A DNA stretch of 64,000 nt from an uncultured Bacillota bacterium (lineage in GTDB: Bacteria; Bacillota_I; Bacilli_A; RFN20; CAG-288), in NCBI GenBank assembly GCA_949290645.1, contig CASESG010000005.1, positions 19,767-83,766 on the forward strand, given 5' to 3'. Numbering within the stretch: the stretch's first letter is position 1; every line of letters begins with the position of its first letter. Position numbers and translations under genes: made by a program. This document shows positions 18,754 to 28,061 of the stretch, piece by piece. Below the pieces are notes generated by a model. That model had not been told where the DNA came from. It saw only the letters and a list, made by a program, of their open reading frames with translations, and did no database searches.

Positions 18754-19096
18754 AAAGAACTACAGCCTGATCGTCACCATCGTCAACAAAGGAACGACCG
18801 ACCTCGCCCTCAACGCCGCCAGGAGAGCCGGATCGACCGGAGGGACGATCGCCGTCGCCCGCGGAACCGGAAACCCGGAGCTGGCCCAGTTCTACGGCCT
18901 TGCCATCCAGCCGGAGAAAGAGATCCTCTTCACGGTCGTCCCAGAGGAGATCAAGGACAAGGTCATGAAGGCCATCTATGACGAGGCCGGCCTGGAATCC
19001 CCCGGACAGGGAATCATCTTCTCCCTTCCCATCACCGACGCCGTCGGTCTCGATCCTCTTCAGGGAATGATTGACAAGGAGATGAAAGAAGACTAA
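18740..19096 (+). CDS. PII (GlnB-like) family protein, second copy
   Basis: SLIVTIVNKG...AGSTGGTI...FTVVPEE pattern of the PII fold. ATG at 18740 with a GAGGA RBS; the listed ORF began at a TTG. Confidence 0.6.
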   Translation: MEANEKNYSLIVTIVNKGTTDLALNAARRAGSTGGTIAVARGTGNPELAQFYGLAIQPEKEILFTVVPEEIKDKVMKAIYDEAGLESPGQGIIFSLPITDAVGLDPLQGMIDKEMKED

Positions 19097-19298
19097 TAAA
19101 AGTAAGGCAATTTTTATACTTAGAAAATCTATATATAGAAATGTTCTTTTGTAAGCGCTTCCTCTCGCTTTCCACTTTTTCTTGTCGGGTGGCAAATATT
19201 GACAAAAAAGGGCTTTCTCATTCCCTTTTTCTTCCTTTTTTCGGCTTTTCTAAGGCTTTGAGATATTTTTTTCTTGTTTTGCTTTGCTTTTTGTTTTA

Positions 19299-19327
19299 TT
19301 GCATTGCCCTATCGCCCCCTTAAAATT
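19299..19327 (+). promoter_or_regulatory. Candidate promoter: -35 TTGCAT (19299..19304), 16 bp, -10 TAAAAT (19321..19326)
   Basis: Direct read upstream of the subtilase gene. Confidence 0.35.
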
Positions 19328-19354
19328 ATTCTTGCGTTTTTTTGGAGGTCCAAC

Positions 19355-22300
19355 ATGAAAAAAGTATTCCCCCTGCTCTCTTTCGCAACAGTCCTTGGCT
19401 TCCTCGGCTTCTCGTCCCAGTCCGGCAAGATCGAAACCCCCTGGACGGACAAGAACGAAAAGGAGGCCTATATCGTCAAGGTCAACGCGGCCCCTGGAAG
19501 CAAGAAAGTTCGCAAGGTTCTTAACGAGCTTGCCTATCTCCTTCCCGAGGACAGCTACGAGATTGACGATGTCTATCGACATGTCTACAGCGGCTTCTCC
19601 CTTCACGCCACGAAGGAAGCGGCAGCCGTCATCGAGAACATCCCCGGCGTCTATTCGGTCAGCGTCCAGACCCGTTACGCTCTCGCCGACAGCGGAAGCT
19701 CGACCCAGACACAGGCCGACACCGAGCTGAACAAGGCCGACATCCTCGCCAACTATTCCGTCGAGACCATGCGTGCCACGCAAGAGGAGATCCAGTCCGT
19801 CCTTCCTCAAGAGGACGAGGCGGAGCTCGGAAAGGGCATCCTCATCGGCGTCATCGACGATGGCTTGAGACTGAACCAGGTCGAAGGCACTTCCCAAAGG
19901 GAGGCCCTCGAAGGTACGGCTTCCGGCCTCAACGCCCCGGCCTTCGTTCCTCTCACGGACACCAGCAATGTCGCCCTGACCGAGGAGCAGGCTCTCAGCA
20001 GCATCCAGGAGCTCGGTCGCGGAACCTATATCAACAGCAAGATTCCGTATGCCTATGACTACGGAAACGGAGATCCGGACGTCAACCCCAACAGCAATCC
20101 GGGACAAGGCGCTCCGGAAGCCCCGGGCACGGATGAAAATGGCTACCCCTACTACAGCCACGGAACGCACGTCGCCTCCCTTGCCACGGCAAACGGAGAG
20201 GATTTCCAAGGCGTCGCTCCCAACGCCCAGCTGGCGATGTTCAAGATCGGAAACGACAGTTCCGGCGGTGGTCTCTCCGGCGATGTCGTCACCTGCCTGG
20301 ACGATGCCATCGAACTGGGCTGCGATGTCGTCAACCTCTCCCTGGGTGTCGCCGTCGTCGAGACCGACGACACGTCCTTGGCGGAGGCCCTCGACCGTTG
20401 CGCCGATGCCGGATTGATCGTCAACTATGCCGCCGGCAACGACGGAAAGTCCAACTATTCCAGCGGCGAAGCCTATTCCGACTGGACAAGGGACACGGTC
20501 AACACCAGCATGCTCAGCCAGGAAGGCCTCTATGACGAAGGCGCCAACATCGTCGCCTCGACCAACCCCGAGAAGGCCTTCTACACTTCCATCATGACCG
20601 TCGACGGCAACGCGGTCTCCTATGACGACCAGGTCGTCGATCGCGGAACGACCGTCCATTTCGACGATCCGCATCCTCTGACGGAACTGCTTGGCGGTGA
20701 AAGCGAGGGCGAATTCAAGTTCGCCCGTATCCTCGGCTACGGAACGCCGGAAGACTACACGGCCTGGGAACAGGCAAACGGCGTCAGCGACCTGACAGGC
20801 TACATCGCCGTCGTCGATCGCGGAACGACCCAGTTCGCCGAAAAGACCTCGGCGGCCATGGGTGCCAACGCGGAGGCCCTGATCGTCATCAACAACGAGC
20901 CCTCCGTCACCTTCAACATGTCCTTCGACTTCGGCGCCTTGGAAAATCCGACCATTCCGGTCGTCTTCGTCTTCCAGACGATGCGCGACTACTTCACGGC
21001 CTATGACGAGGACGGAGAAGTCCTCGGACACCAGGGAACGCTCAACCTCTACACCAACACGGCCGTCGAGGCTCCGGACGGAAACGTCATCGCCTCCTAC
21101 TCTTCCGACGGCGTCCCTTACAACCTCGACATCTCCCCGACCATCGCCGCCCCGGGAACCCAGGTCATCGGTGCCATCAGCGCCAACGCGACCGGTTACT
21201 ATTCCCAGATCAAGGGTTACGACAACATGCAGGGAACGTCCATGGCGACCCCGAACTTCACGGGTGCCTTGGCGACGGCTCTCAGTCAATATGCCCCCGG
21301 AAACGGCATCTCGACCTCGGCCGCAGACGACGAGGCTTTCAACGAAATCAAGGCCAAAATCAGCAAGATCGCCATGTCCACGGCCGATCCGGTCAACGAC
21401 CCGACAGGCAAGACCTATGCGGCGGTCAAGCTGCAGGGCGCCGGACGCGTCAACGTCCAGGACATGCTCGCGGCCAACTCCTACGTCACCGTCAAAGATC
21501 CCGAAGATGCGACCCGCTTCGACAGCAAGGCCGAGCTGAAGAACAACGGCACGCTGAAGACCGACCTCAGCAAGGAGCAGGAAGCCTACATCGAGTTCGA
21601 ATACACGGTCCACAACGACAGCGACGAGACCCGCACCTACACGCCCGACATCACCTTCCTCATCCCGATGCTCCGCGTCCAGATGACGCAGACGGAATAC
21701 GACGACAACCCGGAGAACCAGCAGGACATCCCGGTCAACATGATCAACGAACAGACGGTCTCCGTCAACGACGACGAGATCGAGCTCGACGAGGGACACC
21801 TCAAGCAGCTCGGATCGGAATTCACCGTCAATGCCGGAGAGACCGTCACCAAGAGCGTCAAGCTCCGCATCGATGACATCCAGATCGAGAAGTCCTTCGT
21901 CGATCCCGACGAGAACGGCAGCTATGAGGTCGAGCCTTTCTCCGGAACGCTCCGCGAGTACTACGACAAGTTCTACAACGGCAACGGACAGGCCGGCGGA
22001 AGCTTCGTCGAAGGCTACTTCGAGCTGAAGGAGAAGGGCGGAGACACCAAGAAGGATCTCAACATCCCCTACCTCGGCTTCTATGGCGACTACACCAAGG
22101 GCGATGCCGTCGAGCCCTTCAGCTTCGAAAAGGAAGACGGCCGTCTCTACAATTCCGACATGGCCGACTCCTACCTCAAGGGCCTCAACTCCCCCAAGCC
22201 CAACGCCTATGCCGGATCGACCCTGACGGCGGTCTCCGCCAACGCCACCACGGCGACCATCAAGAGCAACATCAACAACTTCAACGGTTCGGCCATGCCT

Positions 22301-23515
22301 TCGGACAATGCCGGAATCTACAAGGTCAACGACGACAACGACTCCACCCACCTCTATGCCGGAGCCCCGGAGAAGACCGACAAGCTCCTGGCCGTCTTCT
22401 ACGTCAACCGCGCCGTCGCCTCGGCCAACTGGAGCATCGCTCCGAAGCCGGGAGTGACCGCATCCACGCTCTCGGGTACCATCACGGACATGACCGCCTA
22501 CAACACCAGCTACAACGAGCTGACCCGTTCGGTCATCTACCCCAACAGCGCCGACACGACGGGAACCAATCCCTACACCATCCATCACGGTTGGGCCGAG
22601 ATGGACATCTCCGACCTGCCGGAAGGCGACTACACCCTGACCTTCACCTTCAACTACAAGGGCATGGAGAAGCAGCAGATCAAGAGCTACACCCTGACGG
22701 TCGATCACACGGCTCCGGAACTGATCTCGGCCGAGATCGTCGAAAACGGAAGCCTCCGTTCCCTGCGCGTCCGCGCCAAGGGCTCGGACCTCTACATCCA
22801 GAACGCGGCCTATCCGGGACCCTTGACCTTGGTCGAAGGAACCACGGATGTCTATGAGTCCACCTTCCTCCTCTCCGATGCGGACTTCAGCACCGGAAGC
22901 TACTACCTCCGCCTGATCGACAAGGCCAACAACGAGACGGTCGTCCTTCTCGACCTCAACAACCTCGACCGCATCCTCGCCGGATCCTTCCTCGAGAACG
23001 GCATGAGCTTCTACCTCAACAACACCAGCTCCGCGGGCGGACAGTACATCTATGCCTTCGGACTGATGGATGCCAACTATCTCGACTTCATCCCGGACGA
23101 GCCGGAAGCGGTCACCATCCTCATCAACATCGGCGCCGGACAGGACATCGCCGGATACTCTGCGACCTACGAGAATTCGACGGGCGACCAGACGCCGATC
23201 GAACTGAGCTACGACTCCGAGACCGGATTCCTCTCCCTGACCATCAGCGAGTTCGACGGTCCTTCCACGATCATCACCAACTTCAACCTGAGCTCTCAGG
23301 GAACCAATCCTCCTTCGGGCGACAGCTCCAACACCTCCAGCAACATCTCCTCCTCCACTCCGGGTGACAGCTCCAGCAGCGGAAGCCAGACGCCTTCCGA
23401 GCCGCAGGGGCTTGAGCCTTGGGCCATCGCCCTCATCGTCGTCGGCGGTGTCGTCGTCCTTGGCGGAATCGGCGCTGCAGTCTTCTTCCTCTTCCTCAAG
23501 CCGAAGAAGAAGTAA
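19355..23515 (+). CDS. Giant subtilisin-like (S8) serine protease with signal peptide, PA/Fn3-like middle region, Ser/Thr/Pro-rich stalk and a C-terminal TM anchor
   Basis: Catalytic triad motifs IGVIDDG (D), HGTHVAS (H), GTSMATPNFTG (S). Start set to MKKVFPLL after the GGAGG RBS. C-terminal IALIVVGGVVVLGGIGAAVFFLFLKPKKK. Confidence 0.85.
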   Translation: MKKVFPLLSFATVLGFLGFSSQSGKIETPWTDKNEKEAYIVKVNAAPGSKKVRKVLNELAYLLPEDSYEIDDVYRHVYSGFSLHATKEAAAVIENIPGVYSVSVQTRYALADSGSSTQTQADTELNKADILANYSVETMRATQEEIQSVLPQEDEAELGKGILIGVIDDGLRLNQVEGTSQREALEGTASGLNAPAFVPLTDTSNVALTEEQALSSIQELGRGTYINSKIPYAYDYGNGDPDVNPNSNPGQGAPEAPGTDENGYPYYSHGTHVASLATANGEDFQGVAPNAQLAMFKIGNDSSGGGLSGDVVTCLDDAIELGCDVVNLSLGVAVVETDDTSLAEALDRCADAGLIVNYAAGNDGKSNYSSGEAYSDWTRDTVNTSMLSQEGLYDEGANIVASTNPEKAFYTSIMTVDGNAVSYDDQVVDRGTTVHFDDPHPLTELLGGESEGEFKFARILGYGTPEDYTAWEQANGVSDLTGYIAVVDRGTTQFAEKTSAAMGANAEALIVINNEPSVTFNMSFDFGALENPTIPVVFVFQTMRDYFTAYDEDGEVLGHQGTLNLYTNTAVEAPDGNVIASYSSDGVPYNLDISPTIAAPGTQVIGAISANATGYYSQIKGYDNMQGTSMATPNFTGALATALSQYAPGNGISTSAADDEAFNEIKAKISKIAMSTADPVNDPTGKTYAAVKLQGAGRVNVQDMLAANSYVTVKDPEDATRFDSKAELKNNGTLKTDLSKEQEAYIEFEYTVHNDSDETRTYTPDITFLIPMLRVQMTQTEYDDNPENQQDIPVNMINEQTVSVNDDEIELDEGHLKQLGSEFTVNAGETVTKSVKLRIDDIQIEKSFVDPDENGSYEVEPFSGTLREYYDKFYNGNGQAGGSFVEGYFELKEKGGDTKKDLNIPYLGFYGDYTKGDAVEPFSFEKEDGRLYNSDMADSYLKGLNSPKPNAYAGSTLTAVSANATTATIKSNINNFNGSAMPSDNAGIYKVNDDNDSTHLYAGAPEKTDKLLAVFYVNRAVASANWSIAPKPGVTASTLSGTITDMTAYNTSYNELTRSVIYPNSADTTGTNPYTIHHGWAEMDISDLPEGDYTLTFTFNYKGMEKQQIKSYTLTVDHTAPELISAEIVENGSLRSLRVRAKGSDLYIQNAAYPGPLTLVEGTTDVYESTFLLSDADFSTGSYYLRLIDKANNETVVLLDLNNLDRILAGSFLENGMSFYLNNTSSAGGQYIYAFGLMDANYLDFIPDEPEAVTILINIGAGQDIAGYSATYENSTGDQTPIELSYDSETGFLSLTISEFDGPSTIITNFNLSSQGTNPPSGDSSNTSSNISSSTPGDSSSSGSQTPSEPQGLEPWAIALIVVGGVVVLGGIGAAVFFLFLKPKKK

Positions 23516-23527
23516 ATAAGCCGGATC

Positions 23528-23569
23528 GCAAAAGCCCCGGTTCCCATCGACCGAGGCTTTTGCTTTATT
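23528..23569 (+). terminator. Hairpin (9-bp stem GCAAAAGCC/GGCTTTTGC, long loop) followed by TTTATTG
   Basis: Direct read after the subtilase stop. Confidence 0.4.
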
Positions 23570-23574
23570 GAAGT

Positions 23575-23958
23575 ATGTTTCTACTGAACAAAGCAAAGAA
23601 AACCATCCTCTGTTGGGTCCTTGCCATCCTCCCTCCCCTGATCTTCGTCCCGACGGTGCATCTCACCACGAACTTCGGACTGAGCAACACCTGCCTGGTC
23701 CCGGGCGCTCTCTACTTGGGAGGACTGATCCTGGTCTTTGTCGCCCGTCAGGGCTTCTTCGACATCTTCGCCTATCAATTCGTCAATTTGGCCTCGTCCT
23801 TCCGCAAGGGAGCACCGAAGAAGTACGAGGATGCCTATGCCTACAAGGTCGCCAAGGAAGAAAAGCGCCGCAACGGCGACTTCATCTGGCTTCCCTTCGC
23901 CCTGGTCGGCCTTCTCTTCCTCGTCCTTGCCATCGTCTTCATCTTCTATCCGCTATAG
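23575..23958 (+). CDS. Small membrane protein (3 TM), function unknown
   Basis: Hydrophobic ORF of 127 aa. Confidence 0.45.
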   Translation: MFLLNKAKKTILCWVLAILPPLIFVPTVHLTTNFGLSNTCLVPGALYLGGLILVFVARQGFFDIFAYQFVNLASSFRKGAPKKYEDAYAYKVAKEEKRRNGDFIWLPFALVGLLFLVLAIVFIFYPL

Positions 23959-24013
23959 AGATATGCGCGCTGTTTTAGTAAAATGTTTCTTGTAACAAGG
24001 AGGAACGAATCAT

Positions 24014-26986
24014 ATGAAAAAGAAAAGAAATATCCTCGCCCTGGCCCTCATTCTTCCCATCCTGACCTCTTGCGGCGACAAGCCTTCCAGCACGACCACG
24101 TCCGGCGGCTCCAACAGCACGACCACCGCTCCCCAGAACTACGACTTCTATGTCCGCTACCGAGGGGAACAGGTCGATCCGGGAGCGAACCTGTCGATCT
24201 CCGTCAACGAGAAGACCTGCATGCTCACGGCCATCGACATCTTCAGCACCTCCGGCGCCAAGGCCCAGGTGAGCTACGCCTCCAGCGACGCGAGCGTCCT
24301 TGCGGTCGACACCTACTCCGGACTTCTGACGGCCAATAAGGAAGGAACGGCCGACATCACGGTCACAGGCGAAAGCTCGAGCCAGGTCTTCCACTTCACC
24401 GTCAGCAAGACCACCACGGCCTCGGGATTGATTTCCTATGCGACGTCTTCTTATGAAGACAAGGCCGAGATCCTCGCCGCCTTGGAGGACTACGCCGTCG
24501 ACAACTACCTGACGGGCATCACCCTCTTCTCCAACGGCGGATACGTCGCCTACAACTCCACCTTCCAGACGCCGGCCCGCGGATACATCTCCGGCTATGG
24601 CTGGGGAACGATGAGGGAAGGAAGCCTGTCGGGAGACCTGACGGGAAAGGTGACCCACAAGAATTACTACAATTCCGCGATGACCGTCCTTCCGACCAAC
24701 TCCAACGCGATGGATGCCTCGGGCAGCGACGTCTCCGACATCGCCACCTACTACACCGCCTCCTACTACTCCAACCGCATGACCAGCGACAAGGCCCACT
24801 CCGAGTGGTATCCCAGCCTTGCCCTGAACCTCGCGGGCAACACCTATCCGGTGGCCATCGACGAGGAGACGAGACAGCCGATCGACTCCCAGTACAACAA
24901 GAGATGGAGAATCTACGTCCGCTGCGTCGAGAACGAGAGCAAGGGCAACGTCCCGGTCTATCGCACGGCGTCCACCTACAGGGACGGCGATTTCAACGTC
25001 TCCTCCTACGACAAGACCAAGGTCAAGCTCGAGGACTACCTCACGCCCTTCAAGTTCATGCTCACGGGCTGGAACCAGCAATACCGCGGCGCCGAACAGA
25101 CCGAAGGCGTCTCGGGCTTCGCCGGTGCCTTCAGCTATTTCAACGCCACGGCCAACCGTCCCAGCGACGAGCCGAAGGACGCCATCTATGACGACGACCT
25201 CTGGAATCAGTACATGGGCGACAACATCAAGACCGGAACCGACGAGAACGGCGCCTACATCGAGTTCAACCTCCTCAACGACTGCACGCCTTTCTATGCG
25301 ATGTACTACCTCTCGTCCTCCCTTTACTCTCCGCTTCCGGAGTCCTTCGTCCGCTATTGGGGCGGAGACAACCTCGGAAAGAACCGCAACAACGAGAAGC
25401 CGGTCGACACGATGCTCTCGGTGGGTCCCTACTACATCCAGCAGTGGGATTCCCAGCTGATCTCCCTGAAGAAGAACGACATGTTCTTCGAAGGAACCAT
25501 CGGAACCGACGACAACGGCAACACCTACAACGAAGTCACCCTCAACGACGGCGAGAAGAGTAGGCTCTACCAGATTCCCGGCTTCGACTTCAACGGCGTC
25601 TCCTCCACCAACACGAGAAGCTATTTCCTGGATGGCATGCTCCACTCCTATGGCTTGCAGAAGGACGACCTGGCGACGACGGGCAAATTCACCCAGGACT
25701 CAGGATTTGGCAATAACAACATGAAGTGGTATCGTCGCGCGACCAAGGGCGACAGCAACTTCAAGATCAACGTCAACGCCACGACGACCGAGGAATGGGA
25801 AGAGAAGTTCGGCCCCAACGGAACGGTCTACGCCCACGACCGCACTTCGGACAAATACACCCTCTACCATGAGCGTCCGAAGTTCCTGAGCGACCACGAC
25901 TTCCTCGACTTCCTCAGCTTCGGACTCGACCGCAAGACCATCTGCGAGCTGCGCGGCATGACCCCGACGCAGGAATACTTCTCCGACAACTACCTCATCG
26001 ATCCGGAATCCGGCATCTCCTACAACTCCACCGACGCCCACGCGGCCGTCCTGGCCGACCGCTACAACGACAGCGACAACCCGGGATACAACGAGACGGC
26101 GGCCAAGGACGCCCTGGTCCGGGCCTTCCAGAACACCATCCTCCCCAACCAGAACGACCTCCCGCTCAAGAATCCCAACCAGAGCTGGAGCGCCGACAAC
26201 CCCAGGATGGTCAGCATCACGATGTCCTGGATGAATCCGACGGACGTCAAGGATTACGACGACGTCTTCAACAGCTGGAAGCGCATCTTCGCTGACGTCT
26301 CCTCGACCAATTTCGGCGGCATGTATGCCTTGGAGGTCCTGACTCCGACGCCCAGCTCCGACTTCAACGCCGTCTATGATGCGATGAAGCGCGGCGAGTT
26401 CGACATCGGCTTCGGTTCCATCTCCGGCGAAGAGCTGATGCCGCTCCACTTCATGGAAGTCCTCAAGTCCGACAACTCCTCCGATTTCACCCTCAACTGG
26501 GGTCCGGACACGAGCGAAGTCTCCCCGGACATCATCTATGACGGCAAGACCTGGTCCTACGACGCCCTCTGGCAGGCCGGAAACTCCGCCGCCTTGCTCA
26601 ACAACGAAGGCGCCTTGGCGGCCATCAAAACCGTTGGAAACGCCTCGACCAACGCCAGCGATCACTCGGCCACCTACACCATCGACCTCTCCGAATTCAT
26701 CAACGGCGGTGCGACCAACTTCGCCCTTGTCGCTTCCACGGCGGGCGGAAACATGGAATCCTGGTCTCAGACGCCTTCCGAAACGGCCCATTTGCTCACC
26801 ATCGACGGAAACGGAAGAGCCACGATCACGCTCGGCGACACCCTGAACTACGACAGCCACGAGAGCACCGCAAGGGACAACGCCACGGTCATCCTGACGC
26901 TCAACTTCGACGTCGTCGTCAACGGTTCCCGCACCAGCTCGACGAGCACGTTGTCGCTCCAGACCTACTACGGATTGACGAGATAA
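24014..26986 (+). CDS. oppA: Oligopeptide ABC transporter substrate-binding lipoprotein (OppA-like, family-5 SBP) with an N-terminal Ig-like (Big_2-like) domain
   Basis: MKKKRNILALALILPILTSC lipobox with AAGGAGG RBS. 990 aa, immediately upstream of oppBCDF. Confidence 0.65.
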   Translation: MKKKRNILALALILPILTSCGDKPSSTTTSGGSNSTTTAPQNYDFYVRYRGEQVDPGANLSISVNEKTCMLTAIDIFSTSGAKAQVSYASSDASVLAVDTYSGLLTANKEGTADITVTGESSSQVFHFTVSKTTTASGLISYATSSYEDKAEILAALEDYAVDNYLTGITLFSNGGYVAYNSTFQTPARGYISGYGWGTMREGSLSGDLTGKVTHKNYYNSAMTVLPTNSNAMDASGSDVSDIATYYTASYYSNRMTSDKAHSEWYPSLALNLAGNTYPVAIDEETRQPIDSQYNKRWRIYVRCVENESKGNVPVYRTASTYRDGDFNVSSYDKTKVKLEDYLTPFKFMLTGWNQQYRGAEQTEGVSGFAGAFSYFNATANRPSDEPKDAIYDDDLWNQYMGDNIKTGTDENGAYIEFNLLNDCTPFYAMYYLSSSLYSPLPESFVRYWGGDNLGKNRNNEKPVDTMLSVGPYYIQQWDSQLISLKKNDMFFEGTIGTDDNGNTYNEVTLNDGEKSRLYQIPGFDFNGVSSTNTRSYFLDGMLHSYGLQKDDLATTGKFTQDSGFGNNNMKWYRRATKGDSNFKINVNATTTEEWEEKFGPNGTVYAHDRTSDKYTLYHERPKFLSDHDFLDFLSFGLDRKTICELRGMTPTQEYFSDNYLIDPESGISYNSTDAHAAVLADRYNDSDNPGYNETAAKDALVRAFQNTILPNQNDLPLKNPNQSWSADNPRMVSITMSWMNPTDVKDYDDVFNSWKRIFADVSSTNFGGMYALEVLTPTPSSDFNAVYDAMKRGEFDIGFGSISGEELMPLHFMEVLKSDNSSDFTLNWGPDTSEVSPDIIYDGKTWSYDALWQAGNSAALLNNEGALAAIKTVGNASTNASDHSATYTIDLSEFINGGATNFALVASTAGGNMESWSQTPSETAHLLTIDGNGRATITLGDTLNYDSHESTARDNATVILTLNFDVVVNGSRTSSTSTLSLQTYYGLTR

Positions 26987-26999
26987 ACAGGGCAACGCC

Positions 27000-28061
27000 A
27001 TGCCATACATTGTCAAATATTCCCTCAAGCGCATCGCCCTGATGCTCGTCTCGACCTTCATCATCCTCACGCTCACCTTCTTCCTCATCAAGATGCTTCC
27101 CGATCCCCCGATGACCGGAACTGCGCCGAACCAATACGCGTTTTGCATGGACCAGGTCTCCAAGGGATACTACATCTTCTTCAACCAACCCCAGGAAGGC
27201 TACGGAAACATGATCTTCTCCTTCACCAGCTCCTCGGGCGGGGCCACCACCACGGTCTACTTCTACCGCCGCCCCATCCTGGAGCAGTACGGAGCGTGGC
27301 TGACGAACATCTTCACGAAATGGGAGTGGGGTTCGTCGACCTCGATCGAGGAAGGAAGCGATGCCATCTACATCATCGCCTCGCGCCTGCAACCGACGGT
27401 CCTCATCAACATCTTCGCCCTGATCGTCTCCCTGCCTTTGGGCTTCCTCTTCGGCATCATCGCCGCCTTGAAGAAGAACAAGATGACCGACAACATCATC
27501 TCCACCATCGTCATGGTCTTCATCTCCGTCCCTTCCTTCGTCGTCATCCTTCTGTTGATGCTCTGGCTTGCCTTCGGCGCACACGTCCTGCCACCCTCCT
27601 GGCCCTCCGCAAAGGATGCGCCCGTCTCCGAATACGCCTTGGCCATGGTCATCCCGGTCCTCTCCCTCTCTTTCGGAACCATCGCCACCTTCACCCGCTA
27701 TACCCGCGCGGAGCTGTGCGAGGTCATGTCCTCGGACTTCCTCCTCCTGGCCAAGACCAAAGGCCTCTCCAAGACCCAGTGCATCACGCGCCACGCCCTG
27801 AGGAACTCCCTCGTCCCGATCGTCCCGATGGTCATCGGGCAGTTCATCGGCATCCTCAGTGGCTCGGTCGTCCTGGAACAGCTCTACAACATCCAGGGAA
27901 TCGGCCGCCTCTTCGTCGAGTCGATTTCCCGGCAGGACTATAACGTCCTTCTGGTCGACATGGCCATCTTCACCCTCATCAGCCTCGGCGCCGGCCTTCT
28001 GGTCGACTTGAGCTACGGCATCGTCGATCCGAGAATCCGTATGGGAGCCAAAGCATCATGA
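27000..28061 (+). CDS. oppB: Oligopeptide ABC transporter permease
   Basis: BPD-transport-system inner-membrane topology with the N-terminal extension typical of OppB. Confidence 0.85.
   Translation: MPYIVKYSLKRIALMLVSTFIILTLTFFLIKMLPDPPMTGTAPNQYAFCMDQVSKGYYIFFNQPQEGYGNMIFSFTSSSGGATTTVYFYRRPILEQYGAWLTNIFTKWEWGSSTSIEEGSDAIYIIASRLQPTVLINIFALIVSLPLGFLFGIIAALKKNKMTDNIISTIVMVFISVPSFVVILLLMLWLAFGAHVLPPSWPSAKDAPVSEYALAMVIPVLSLSFGTIATFTRYTRAELCEVMSSDFLLLAKTKGLSKTQCITRHALRNSLVPIVPMVIGQFIGILSGSVVLEQLYNIQGIGRLFVESISRQDYNVLLVDMAIFTLISLGAGLLVDLSYGIVDPRIRMGAKAS

Noticed and set aside
19250-23596. 1448-aa ORF on the minus strand opposite the subtilase gene
   Set aside because: Antisense to a gene with strong motif support and RBS. 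High-GC DNA generates long stop-free shadow frames, and the product is low-complexity Gly/Val/Asp/Arg-rich.
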